Sequence record: NC_061441.1
Length of the DNA: 64,000 bases
Direction: 5' to 3' (one strand)
The first letter of the stretch is position 1. Each line of letters begins with the position of its first letter. A model generated the notes under the pieces. That model did no database searches, was not told the DNA's origin, and saw only the letters and a list, made by a program, of their open reading frames with translations. Shown piece by piece: positions 45,343 through 54,694 of this stretch. Made by a program: the position numbers and the translations under genes.

Positions 45343-47382
45343 TTAGCGCAGACGAGCCAGTTTATCAGCGAAGGATGAGCCAGTGGAAGCTGAACTCTGG
45401 GAAGAAACAGACTCGAGGTCCTGATTCAACAGGTCAGCAGCAGTCTGTTGTTTGACTGGTGCAGTGGTAACCTGCTGTTGAACAACTGCCTGGCGGTCGG
45501 CACTAACAGTACCAGCAGCGGCGTCGATCGATTCAGAAATTTCGTTCTGGGCTACTTCGGACTTGCTCATCAGGTCCATCGCTTTTGACAGCGAAGCTGC
45601 GAGGAAGTCTTTACCGTGAGCGATAAACGCACGTTCAATCAGAGCGCGTGGCTCTTTGAGACCGGCAGCAGTCAGAGAACTCGCCAGAGACTCAACGATT
45701 GGGTTACGCACATCACCCCAGAAGTTTTTGGTAACACCCAGCTGGGCAGCAGACAGCGCAGCGACCAGACGATCAGCGTGAGCTGAGGTAGCTTCTTCGA
45801 TAGTCGCAGTGACGTTCGAAGTTGCTTCGTTGATACGCGCGTCGGATTCAGCTACCAGCAGTTTGTCTACCGGCATTTCGAACTGATACGGCATAAAGCC
45901 GAACGATTCACAAGTACCAGCAACACCAGTCTGATTCAGAGAGTGTGATACGGCACGGATGAAATTATCAGTATCGAAAGATTTAACCGCATTTTCTTCG
46001 CCGACTGCATTAGATACAGAAGCGAGAGTAGCGCGGGCCAGAGGTTCGCCATCGTAGTACATGTGAACAGTGTTCACTTTACCAGCAGCGCGGCTCAGGC
46101 TAACGAGTGACGGGTCCAGCGTGCCGTGGTTGGCTTGCGCAGTGGACAGACTGTCGAAGGTGCGGCTGACGGCCTTACTTTCAGAATCGAAATCGTCTTC
46201 GTCATCGAGGTCGAGATCATCTTCTTCCAGTTCTTCGTCGTCGAGGTCTTCGTCTTCATCGCTAGATGATTCGGAATCGAAATCGTCGTCGAGGTCTTCG
46301 TCATCCAGATCTTCGTCGTCGAGGTCTTCCTCATCGAGGTCGTCTTCGTCGAGATCTTCGTCGTCTTCCTCGTCGTCGTCAGAGCTGGATTCAGAATCGA
46401 AGTCGTCTTCGTCTTCTTCCAGGTCTTCGTCATCCAGATCATCTTCATCCAGATCTTCGTCGTCGAGGTCGTCTTCGTCGTCGATATCATCTTCATCATC
46501 GTTAGAAGATTCGGAGTCGATATCGTCTTCGTCCAGATCGTCATCTTCATCGTCGAGGTCATCTTCCTCAACAATGTCGATATCGCTGTCGTCGCCAGAT
46601 TGAGATTCAATCGGCTCATCAACCAGCGCGGCAGAACAGTGAGCGCAGAACACTGGCTCTTCATCGGAAGATACAGTGAATGGCTGGTCGCAGTTAGCGG
46701 AGCAGCTATAGATATGCGCTTCAACTTCACCGCCAGCAGAAGACAGAGCAGCGATTGCCTCTGGAGCTTCTTGCGGGTCACAGGAAGTTACTTCCTGGCC
46801 TGTGTACGGGTCGAAGTTTGCGGCAGTAGCAGCGTTAAAGCTACCAGTACCAGACACAGCGGTAAACGTGTGTGCGTTGCTCAGTGCCAGTGCGAAGTTG
46901 CGTTGTGCAGCTTCGGCAGTCTCGCCGGTAGCAACCAGACCAACGTGTTCAACCTGTTCGTCAGCAGAAGCTGATTCGGCCAGGAATTGAGTAACGCGTT
47001 CGTCAGTGATTTCGGACAGGTCAGCAGAGCACGATGGGCAGCAGCCCTGAACCAGAGCAGAGCTATCAGAGATAACGTGGCTACCACAACCATCAAGACA
47101 GATGGTGTAATGCGCTTTCACGTCACCTGCAGAAGACTGCGACTGGACTTCGGCTTTCTCAACCAAATCAGGATGCTCTACCAGCAGTTCTTCACCGCCG
47201 TTAGGATTGTAAAGGTCCGCGCCGCTCTGCGAAGCAAAGCCCACACCGGCAGAGTTCCCGAAAATCATCAGGTTCTGACCGAGTGCAGTACGGCGAAAGT
47301 TCTCTACTGCCTGATTATGGTTTTGACCGACACACAGGATACCCGCGAGTTGGGTAATCTTTGGCATGGTTAAAACCCTCAT
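45343..47382 (-). CDS. Prohead scaffold/core protein with two Cys/His zinc-ribbon repeats and acidic tract (679 aa; likely start 47368)
   Basis: Between protease region and capsid; tandem HY.C...C....C..C repeats, about 140-aa D/E tract, helical C-terminus. Confidence 0.7.
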   Translation of the reverse strand: MRVLTMPKITQLAGILCVGQNHNQAVENFRRTALGQNLMIFGNSAGVGFASQSGADLYNPNGGEELLVEHPDLVEKAEVQSQSSAGDVKAHYTICLDGCGSHVISDSSALVQGCCPSCSADLSEITDERVTQFLAESASADEQVEHVGLVATGETAEAAQRNFALALSNAHTFTAVSGTGSFNAATAANFDPYTGQEVTSCDPQEAPEAIAALSSAGGEVEAHIYSCSANCDQPFTVSSDEEPVFCAHCSAALVDEPIESQSGDDSDIDIVEEDDLDDEDDDLDEDDIDSESSNDDEDDIDDEDDLDDEDLDEDDLDDEDLEEDEDDFDSESSSDDDEEDDEDLDEDDLDEEDLDDEDLDDEDLDDDFDSESSSDEDEDLDDEELEEDDLDLDDEDDFDSESKAVSRTFDSLSTAQANHGTLDPSLVSLSRAAGKVNTVHMYYDGEPLARATLASVSNAVGEENAVKSFDTDNFIRAVSHSLNQTGVAGTCESFGFMPYQFEMPVDKLLVAESDARINEATSNVTATIEEATSAHADRLVAALSAAQLGVTKNFWGDVRNPIVESLASSLTAAGLKEPRALIERAFIAHGKDFLAASLSKAMDLMSKSEVAQNEISESIDAAAGTVSADRQAVVQQQVTTAPVKQQTAADLLNQDLESVSSQSSASTGSSFADKLARLR
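46170..46610 (-). repeat. Low-complexity acidic repeat (DDEDL)n punctuated by xDSES motifs
   Basis: Directly visible in the translation and in the DNA (tcgtcgtcgaggtcttc units). Confidence 0.9.
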
Positions 47383-47411
47383 AAATTTTTAGTCGTTGAA
47401 TCGACAGGTTA

Positions 47412-47419
47412 AAATTAAC
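47412..47419 (-). promoter_or_regulatory. Putative late-promoter motif variant GTTAATTT
   Basis: AT-rich intergenic gap upstream of the scaffold-capsid operon. Confidence 0.45.
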
Positions 47420-47444
47420 GATTGCAGAAAAAATTCAGGTATTT

Positions 47445-48620
47445 TTAAACTTTTCTGCTATCAATGTCAGCTTGTGGAATATAGCGATTTTCGAAGTATT
47501 TATTGACTACTTCTACTCCGTTTAACGTATAAACGTTACGCATACTATCACCCCAAACCATTAGCTCTGCGAGGGTCGCAAAGTGTTCTGCGGGCACTGT
47601 ATTTATGGTACGTGCGTTCAAGCTATCTGGGTGGATTTTCTTACCACGGATGGCCTGATCGAACTTCATACGGTCAACATTTCGTATCATCGTATGGTCA
47701 ACAAAGTGCGCCAATTCGTGGGTCATTGCATGGCCAAATGAACGGCTATTATAACCCCCGAACAAGTCCACCAACTGCTTTGGACTCATTGAAATTACAC
47801 CATACAGGAATCCTGACACGGTATAAGTAGCAATATGTGACCCACCAACATCGTTACCCTGTTTAACGATACCCACATACAGGCGTTTAAACGGCAGCGG
47901 CACATTAAGACCTATGCCTGGCATGACATTTTCCTGAATGTCTTTGAGAACATAGTCAGGAGGACTCACGCCGTCCAGCAGGATTTTCTTGCCACCTATA
48001 CGCAGTTCGTCAGCACCCAATACCTCAAGATGCACATTGCCACAACGTGGTATCTTCTGGACTGCGTAGTTATTTGGCGTACCACCCGGATAGTTAGCGT
48101 TTGCATACACCAAGGCTTTCATATCACCGAACTGCGGCATGTCCATTAGACGGCGCTGTTTGGCTTTGAGCGACTCTGGCGTATCTACACCGAACTGATC
48201 AAGAGGGCCATCGGCTGGTGTATCTTGTTCGGGCGCTGGAGCTTCTACTTGCATGGGTTTCGCTTTGACAGACACAGGCTTCGGCTTTGGTGCAGCAGCT
48301 TTCTGCTTTTCCTCGTAAGGAACGAAGTCGAATCCAGGCTTGAAGAGGGCGTCAGGCTTAGCCGTGAATGGGCGACTCTGCGATACTACGCGGTCACCGT
48401 CTTCTCCACTGATTGCATAAGCCATGTCGTATTTAGGATGGGCTATGTAGTACAGGTCGTCACTCACTTTGACCAGACCTACAACCTCGCGTGTATGCAG
48501 ATGCACACCGTTTGAGATCATAGCGTCCGGCCCAAGGTAACGATAGTACGAATAGTCTGCTATGGACATATCGGACATCAAGCCATCCGCAGCAGATGTT
48601 CTTTGTACGTTGCAGCACAC
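47445..48620 (-). CDS. Zincin-like HExxH metallopeptidase-domain protein with shared N-terminal domain (likely start 48578)
   Basis: HAMTHELAHFVDH, downstream PAEHFA; TGATG coupling to the protease stop suggests the start is MSDMS. Confidence 0.7.
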   Translation of the reverse strand: MCCNVQRTSAADGLMSDMSIADYSYYRYLGPDAMISNGVHLHTREVVGLVKVSDDLYYIAHPKYDMAYAISGEDGDRVVSQSRPFTAKPDALFKPGFDFVPYEEKQKAAAPKPKPVSVKAKPMQVEAPAPEQDTPADGPLDQFGVDTPESLKAKQRRLMDMPQFGDMKALVYANANYPGGTPNNYAVQKIPRCGNVHLEVLGADELRIGGKKILLDGVSPPDYVLKDIQENVMPGIGLNVPLPFKRLYVGIVKQGNDVGGSHIATYTVSGFLYGVISMSPKQLVDLFGGYNSRSFGHAMTHELAHFVDHTMIRNVDRMKFDQAIRGKKIHPDSLNARTINTVPAEHFATLAELMVWGDSMRNVYTLNGVEVVNKYFENRYIPQADIDSRKV

Positions 48621-49357
48621 GCGAATGCTGGATCATCAACCGAGCTACATTCGAAGCCAGTCAACATCTTGCAATCACGATACACCAGACGGCCTGTACG
48701 ACCATCGAGGTAAGTAGGCTTATTGAATGCCGTGTGCGAACAGAAGTTACGATGACGCGGTGTAACCAACTGACCACAGATACTGCACTTATATGCCTTG
48801 TACGTTGTGCCTTTAGAGTACGTGTTAAGCTCGCCGCTCAGAATACGGTCGCAACGCTCTTTGCAGCGTGTACGGTCGAACGCCAGCAGCAGAGTCAGAC
48901 GCGCATGGTTGCCACGGAAGTTTTGCAGCTTCGACAGGTTCGAGTCAAAGATCATTCCCATTGCCTGGCGGTAATCTTTGTTGTTGTGCTCGATGAACGT
49001 AGGCTTACCGATGAACGTTTGATAAGCAAGACGGCCTTGGTCTGGATTGAATGTCAGCCATTCTTGCAGTGAGAACGCATCACCGTTAGTGTTCGGCAGT
49101 TCAGTGATATTCACAGGAACAGGCACGATGATGTAGTCACGAATATCTCGCGAGGTGTTGTACTGCTCGGCCGCTTTAGGCAGCCACACGTTCACGTCAA
49201 GATTAAACGAGCCTGATTGAATGCCGAAACGCGACGCATCTACACGAATGGATTTAGCATCACGGCTAACATCTTCTTTGTGCATATCAATCGCGTTTAG
49301 ACCAACAAGGCCCATATCCGAGGTATCAAAAGACTCGGAGCGAATGGACTGGTCCAT
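48578..49357 (-). CDS. Prohead (capsid maturation) protease
   Basis: FIGKPTFIEHNNKD...AMGMIFDS, ELNTYSKG (catalytic Ser region), C..CG, FECSSVDDPAF: HK97/herpes-assemblin-type pattern. Confidence 0.8.
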   Translation of the reverse strand: MDQSIRSESFDTSDMGLVGLNAIDMHKEDVSRDAKSIRVDASRFGIQSGSFNLDVNVWLPKAAEQYNTSRDIRDYIIVPVPVNITELPNTNGDAFSLQEWLTFNPDQGRLAYQTFIGKPTFIEHNNKDYRQAMGMIFDSNLSKLQNFRGNHARLTLLLAFDRTRCKERCDRILSGELNTYSKGTTYKAYKCSICGQLVTPRHRNFCSHTAFNKPTYLDGRTGRLVYRDCKMLTGFECSSVDDPAFACAATYKEHLLRMA

Positions 49358-49367
49358 CGTGTTCTCC

Positions 49368-49829
49368 CTATTGGAAATTGTTGATGTTATCGGCGCTTGC
49401 GTTAGCCAAACGAACGCAACCCTCTTCGACTTGGAAGCCGTTGAGTCCGTCCATAGTGCTTAGCCAGTAGCGCAGCCGTCCATCTGAAATTACTGCGTTT
49501 TCAACATACGCAGGAACTTCTTTGCCCGAATCTTTGAACGTGGCAATGACTTCAACGCCAGGGTAGAACACGTCGAATGACTTCGTGCTGAATATAGGCT
49601 TGACGATATCGGTCTCGGTCACTGGGTGCATTGCGTAGCGACTCTGAATCATGTACAGAGCCTCAGTTGCTCCGATAAGAATCGAGTTGATTGTGCCACG
49701 CAACTGACAACGTTCAGTACCCTCTAAATTGCGCCCGTGATAGAACGTCACGATATCGCCGATGTTATAATCAAAAGAGAACTGGGCCATGTTAACCTCG
49801 CAGCGCACCACGTGCCCAAGACTTGGCAA
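49368..49829 (-). CDS. Hypothetical protein with two SH3/KOW-like repeats (likely start MAQFS)
   Basis: Repeats YNIGDIVTF...G.I..I.I...LY.I and FYPGVEVIA...AYV..A.I...RYWL. Confidence 0.6.
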   Translation of the reverse strand: MPSLGHVVRCEVNMAQFSFDYNIGDIVTFYHGRNLEGTERCQLRGTINSILIGATEALYMIQSRYAMHPVTETDIVKPIFSTKSFDVFYPGVEVIATFKDSGKEVPAYVENAVISDGRLRYWLSTMDGLNGFQVEEGCVRLANASADNINNFQ

Positions 49830-50730
49830 GAGCCAGAGTCATACGGCTTGGGTTTTGCAGTTTGACTTCACCTTTATGTACGGCAGTGAATGGCTCATGA
49901 GCATTCTCACCACGGCCTGAACGATATGCAGCTTCATTGAAACCGTCGAATAGCGTTACAACCCAGCCGGTGGACTTATCAGAACATTCACCACACGCTT
50001 TGTCCCAGCTAATCTTACCGCAAGTACGTCCACCAGCATTCACTGCATAACTTACTTGCTCGGTACCTTTATACAGGTCCTGAGCTTTCATCGCTTTGAA
50101 CGTCACGCGAGTAGAAGATTCCGAGCGAGGCATCATCTTCTCTTTCAGTGCTTCAATGTCCAGAGAACTCCAGAACGATTCAAACAGCGCAGCGAACTTC
50201 TGCTCAATAGGCAGGCCGATTGTGTTGATCTGTGCGATAGTGCTGGAGCTGTCGTTCAGCACACGGTTAAGGAAATAGCCACCGAGAATTACAGGCATCT
50301 GGGTGCCTTGTGCGCCAGCCGTAAGGCCAGCACGTTTCGCGTACATATCACACATACCGATAGCAAGACGCGCCAACGTCATGAACGTCTGCTTCTCGGT
50401 ACTGTTAGCGATCTCCGTGTAGATACGCGCAGCGATTGCAGGCACTACAGTACGTTTCGCCACGCTTAGGATATCTTCTGGAGAGATGGCCTGACCGAGT
50501 TTCTTCTTGGCAGCCAGTTCGAAAGCATTAATCAGGCTTGCTTTGTTCGCTGGTGTCAGAGACTCGCTCAACTTGATAGTCGTCTGCTCGGAGCTGTTCA
50601 CCAGACTCGGCTGCGGTGCTACTTTCAGTCTGCGGACTCCCGTCGTGTTCAATCGAGCTACTGTCATTTGTTTCTTCCTGAGTAGGAGCCTGTAGATATT
50701 GCAGCAGGCCAGAGTTAATGATCTCCTCAT
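49792..50730 (-). CDS. Hypothetical (putative head-associated) protein; likely start 50667
   Basis: RBS AGGAAG before MTVARLN; contains LSES and RSES motifs. Confidence 0.65.
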   Translation of the reverse strand: MRRSLTLACCNIYRLLLRKKQMTVARLNTTGVRRLKVAPQPSLVNSSEQTTIKLSESLTPANKASLINAFELAAKKKLGQAISPEDILSVAKRTVVPAIAARIYTEIANSTEKQTFMTLARLAIGMCDMYAKRAGLTAGAQGTQMPVILGGYFLNRVLNDSSSTIAQINTIGLPIEQKFAALFESFWSSLDIEALKEKMMPRSESSTRVTFKAMKAQDLYKGTEQVSYAVNAGGRTCGKISWDKACGECSDKSTGWVVTLFDGFNEAAYRSGRGENAHEPFTAVHKGEVKLQNPSRMTLALAKSWARGALRG

Positions 50731-51772
50731 TCACATCCTGACCACGAAGCGTAGCGAGATGTGCGAGGTAATTGAGTGCGGGTTCGACCATACCCAGATT
50801 GCGACAGCCCCAATAGGCTATGTCATAACACAGGTCTAAATTAATAGCGGTCTGGTCGAACAGGAAACCTTTTGGATTCTGCTTGGTCGCTTCAATGCCC
50901 TGAACAGCCATACCGATAGCATTGATGTTATCGCCGTGTCGGTAGAAGATATCGGCCAGCATCGAATACGCTTCAATGCGGTCAGGACGGAATGCTATAG
51001 CGCGATAACACGCACACACCGCTTCCTGAGTGAAGCCCTGCTTGTATGCGGCTTTCGCTAGTTCGATGTTGGCGATTGTAACGTAATCCGCCCACTTAGC
51101 AATGCCTGCCAAGCGGTCTACTTCGCGCCGTGCGTCTTCGAGCAAATCAGGACGTTCGTAATACGCAACGGCATAGCAGAGTTCACGCGCATAGTAGAAA
51201 CTGCAACGGTCATCATGCGGATAGTCACCAACATCACGTCCAAGCTCCAGCAGATAGTTACGGCCTTTGCTGTGGTCTGGATAGTGATCGGTGGCGAACG
51301 GAGCTTCAACCGTTCTGAGTTGCTGTCCAGGCTTACGCGAGGTCAGCACTTCATGCGCACGATATTTCCAGAAATAAGAACGACGGCGGTAGGCCTTCAT
51401 CTGACTGTAGTGGCTGTCACCATTGCGCATCAGAATCCAAACAGCTTCTGCCTTCTTAATGCCTTGCATTGTGCGCAGCTTCTCAACCCAATCAGGGTCA
51501 TCGAAACGCTCATCAATATCAAGCCACACTACAAGGTCATCTTCGGAGAATGGCGTAGCGGCCAGTTCACGACTTGCACCAAGGTTACGCTCTTGACTAA
51601 CATCAAACGTGTGGTAGATGTTAGGGTGCGGGAACGCCGAGATGATGTTTGTGGTTTGGTCTTCGCTGCCTGTATCGACAATGCTAATCGCATCAGCCTT
51701 GGCTACGTGCTTCAACCACTCACCCATATTCTTTTCTTCATTGCGACAGATAGCCGCTACGCAAATTCTCAT
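50528..51772 (-). CDS. GT2-family glycosyltransferase with C-terminal TPR repeats
   Basis: ICRNEEKNM, IVDTGSEDQT, WLDIDE (DxD), WKYRAHE, DDRCSFYYARE, TPR helices (YRAIAFRPDRIEAY). Confidence 0.9.
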   Translation of the reverse strand: MRICVAAICRNEEKNMGEWLKHVAKADAISIVDTGSEDQTTNIISAFPHPNIYHTFDVSQERNLGASRELAATPFSEDDLVVWLDIDERFDDPDWVEKLRTMQGIKKAEAVWILMRNGDSHYSQMKAYRRRSYFWKYRAHEVLTSRKPGQQLRTVEAPFATDHYPDHSKGRNYLLELGRDVGDYPHDDRCSFYYARELCYAVAYYERPDLLEDARREVDRLAGIAKWADYVTIANIELAKAAYKQGFTQEAVCACYRAIAFRPDRIEAYSMLADIFYRHGDNINAIGMAVQGIEATKQNPKGFLFDQTAINLDLCYDIAYWGCRNLGMVEPALNYLAHLATLRGQDVNEEIINSGLLQYLQAPTQEETNDSSSIEHDGSPQTESSTAAESGEQLRADDYQVERVSDTSEQSKPD

Positions 51773-51787
51773 ACATGCCTCATTGGG

Positions 51788-52705
51788 TTATACTAAAACG
51801 TTACCACTATCCCACCAGCGCTTACCGTAGATATCAGACACACGGTATTCGAGGATGAGAGGTTGGTCCAGGTCGACTTGTGTTATGTATCGCTGTAGAG
51901 AAGGACTCCACACTGTTTTCTCCTCAGTGTAAAGTCGTATCTCCAGCTCAACGTCGCCTTGAGAGTTCTTCGGTACGAACGGATGAGAATAGTCCCCATC
52001 GAAACCCGCACCAAGAGAGTCGTCGAAGTAAGTGAATGCGCGAACTTCTTCACCAGTGTTGATGATCGTGGGTGCATACACTTGACGGTTATAATACGCA
52101 GTATAGTCGGCAACAGTTGTCTGCCAAACTGTACGGCGCTTATAGATACGCGTCACGCCTTTGCTGTCTGTCTCCGCACGATATTGGTTGTAGTACCAAG
52201 TTATCTGTGCGAACTTAACAGGCTTCAACGGTGTTTGACCAGACGCATATTTCATGAACGGCTTCGCAGTGAAACGGTGATATGTCTTCTGCGTGTTCAA
52301 GCGATAAAGCAGAACCTGATACGTGTACCACTGATAAACATCGAGGGTAATCGTACCTGAGTCTGATTGCTGCGTACCGTTAGTAAGGATGTATGCGAAA
52401 CAGTCCGTACCTACGTAGCCGCTGCGTGGGTTATAGAGGAACGCATCGCTAAAGTTGTTCAGTTGCACTGTGCCTACCATCGGGTCATTGACCTTGATCG
52501 CAGAAAGGCGCCAACCCCTTTGAGCTGGCACCTTATCAAGCACACCCTCAGTCGGGCTATGCAACGTCACTTCATCACGAGCGCCTTGTAAGATCTTTTC
52601 GAGCGTTATCTCGGTCTTACCCGAGTTACGCACTCGCACCGTAAGGTTCGGAGCTAATGGTTTGTAATTGCGCCAATAGTCGAACGTACAAGGCAAAGAG
52701 AGCAT
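51788..52705 (-). CDS. Virion protein with cadherin/Ig-like (Big_9-like) domain (305 aa)
   Basis: P..GTV.L....FLYNPRSGYVGTDCFAYILTNG. Confidence 0.65.
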   Translation of the reverse strand: MLSLPCTFDYWRNYKPLAPNLTVRVRNSGKTEITLEKILQGARDEVTLHSPTEGVLDKVPAQRGWRLSAIKVNDPMVGTVQLNNFSDAFLYNPRSGYVGTDCFAYILTNGTQQSDSGTITLDVYQWYTYQVLLYRLNTQKTYHRFTAKPFMKYASGQTPLKPVKFAQITWYYNQYRAETDSKGVTRIYKRRTVWQTTVADYTAYYNRQVYAPTIINTGEEVRAFTYFDDSLGAGFDGDYSHPFVPKNSQGDVELEIRLYTEEKTVWSPSLQRYITQVDLDQPLILEYRVSDIYGKRWWDSGNVLV

Positions 52706-52707
52706 AG

Positions 52708-54681
52708 TTACTCCAGTTTGTACTTGCTCTTAAACTCTGCGAGTCCCATAACAGGGATGCCTTTGTCCATCGCTTTCTGGAGTTTCGCAGAACCAGAGCC
52801 AGGGTCTTTTGCGATCAGTATCGTCGTATCGGCTTTCATGCTATCAGAAGCAGTACCACCAAGTTCAACGATACGCTTCATCAGGTCGCGATCACGAATG
52901 CCTGTGAATGCTACGTTAACGCCTTTTAGCTTGGAGCTAACCACTTTCACTTTCTTCGGAGCAACGAGAGTCACGCCCATATTCGCGGCCATCATGTATG
53001 ACTTAACAGCAGCTTCTGCGATGGCAGGACCGAGCTTGTCGATGCCGTGCATACCACTAATCTTGAGAACAAGGTCTGCGGTATATCCACGCTTGAGGTA
53101 ATACTCAAGGTTAGGAATGGCGTCAACAACTTTGTCGAACGTAGTGTTAGCACCGCGCATGAAGAATGACGCTGTAGCTTTCAGCCACGTATTCATCGGC
53201 ACACCAGCTTTCAACGCTTTGAGGTCTTTAGCCAGTTGACGACCGCGAGAGTCGCCTACGATTTCACGCAGCGCACTCATTGAAGCACTAAACAACTGCT
53301 CAGGAGTTTTGATGCCGGACTCAACAAGCATCTTACAAGTACCAGGGCCCGTGTTCGCAACGTCCAGTCCTTTCAAGAACGAGCCAAGCATACGAGCATC
53401 AGCAGCAGACGACTTCGTTTTGACAACGAACTCTACACCACTAATCTTGTACGGCACGTCAGGCAGCTTAGGCTTCTTAGCAGGCTTGAGAATCTCCATG
53501 ATGTATGGGATTACCTTACCGCTTCGAATCAACTTAACCTTAGCACCAGGACCAAGCGGGCGTTTAGGGCCAAGCACTGCACCTTTCTTCTTCGGCTTGA
53601 GATAGCCGTGCTCAACGTAGAAACCGTTGTGCGCAGAAGCACGTTCGACAGTCACTCCACCAGGCATAACAGTAGGTGGGAACAGTGCGACAGGCGCCAG
53701 TACGCCGTACTTGGACTCTTGATAGATAACGTCTTTGACAGTCACGATCACCGTGTCCGCTTCAACGTTCATCTTGAACTTAAAGGCATGTCGTGGGTTG
53801 CTTGCCGTAGCTTTCGGCGTGGCCACATCACGAGTCATCACGATGCCGTCGAGTTCATACTTCGCTTTGGCTATACGCTTGTCTAACCAAGGAATGAGTT
53901 CTTCCTGATTGTCGAAACGTAATGGACCAAAGTGACGCACTACCTCGAATCCCCACTTGTCTAACAGTTTGAACTGTTTCGACTGCGAGAGCGTGGCACC
54001 TTTACCACCGATGATACCGAAGCATACCATGTGGACGTACTTGAACTCTTTAGAAGTTTCAAAGTTACGGATGAGTCCTGACGCAGCGTTACGTGCGGCC
54101 TTAAAGCGACCACCAGCAGATTCGTGCAGCTTCGCCATAAAGGTCTTGTAGGGAATCAGCGCTTCACAGCGTATAACCACCTGACCCTTTTCTGGGATTT
54201 TCTGAGGAATGCGCATGGCCGGAAGGTGCTGAGACACATCCTTACCGTGAGTAGCATCGCCGCGAGTAAGCGCACGAACAGGCACACCCTTCTCGTAAAC
54301 GATTTCAATACTCAAGCCATCGAGCTTATCTGTCAGAATCCAGTCAACGTCTTCGGCCAGTGCCTTAGACAGTTGCTTACCGCCGAGCGTGTACTGATCG
54401 AGACTCGCCATAGGAACAGGCAGCTTAACATCGGAATCATCACGAGCACCGATCTTACGAGCCAGCTTGGACTTAGGCCAGCGCGTGTCGATATAGCGAC
54501 GAATATGGTCATAGACCGCATCCGATATCAAGCCTTCCGAATCAGTGTGGAACGCATCATCAAGATGCGCCACAAGTTTCGTTGTCTGCGTCAGATTGAG
54601 CGTGTCCAGAACCTTATCAGGATTCCTTTCGAGCCGCTTCAATGAGATTTGCATGTTGTTTTCTCCGATCGTCATCAACAC
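52708..54681 (-). CDS. ligA: NAD+-dependent DNA ligase (likely start 54654)
   Basis: ISDAVYD (Ia domain), MASLD, KLDG (adenylation motif I), TRGD..GKDV, ARNAASG, ELDGIV, FKFK, OB fold, C-terminal BRCT (VAFTG, TTILIA, GSAKLQKA). Confidence 0.95.
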   Translation of the reverse strand: MLMTIGENNMQISLKRLERNPDKVLDTLNLTQTTKLVAHLDDAFHTDSEGLISDAVYDHIRRYIDTRWPKSKLARKIGARDDSDVKLPVPMASLDQYTLGGKQLSKALAEDVDWILTDKLDGLSIEIVYEKGVPVRALTRGDATHGKDVSQHLPAMRIPQKIPEKGQVVIRCEALIPYKTFMAKLHESAGGRFKAARNAASGLIRNFETSKEFKYVHMVCFGIIGGKGATLSQSKQFKLLDKWGFEVVRHFGPLRFDNQEELIPWLDKRIAKAKYELDGIVMTRDVATPKATASNPRHAFKFKMNVEADTVIVTVKDVIYQESKYGVLAPVALFPPTVMPGGVTVERASAHNGFYVEHGYLKPKKKGAVLGPKRPLGPGAKVKLIRSGKVIPYIMEILKPAKKPKLPDVPYKISGVEFVVKTKSSAADARMLGSFLKGLDVANTGPGTCKMLVESGIKTPEQLFSASMSALREIVGDSRGRQLAKDLKALKAGVPMNTWLKATASFFMRGANTTFDKVVDAIPNLEYYLKRGYTADLVLKISGMHGIDKLGPAIAEAAVKSYMMAANMGVTLVAPKKVKVVSSKLKGVNVAFTGIRDRDLMKRIVELGGTASDSMKADTTILIAKDPGSGSAKLQKAMDKGIPVMGLAEFKSKYKLE

Positions 54682-54683
54682 TG

Positions 54684-54693
54684 TTATTTACAG
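54684..54693 (-). promoter_or_regulatory. Putative promoter element CTGTAAATAA
   Basis: 30 nt upstream of the probable ligase ATG; identical to 24498..24507. Confidence 0.35.
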
Positions 54694-54694
54694 T

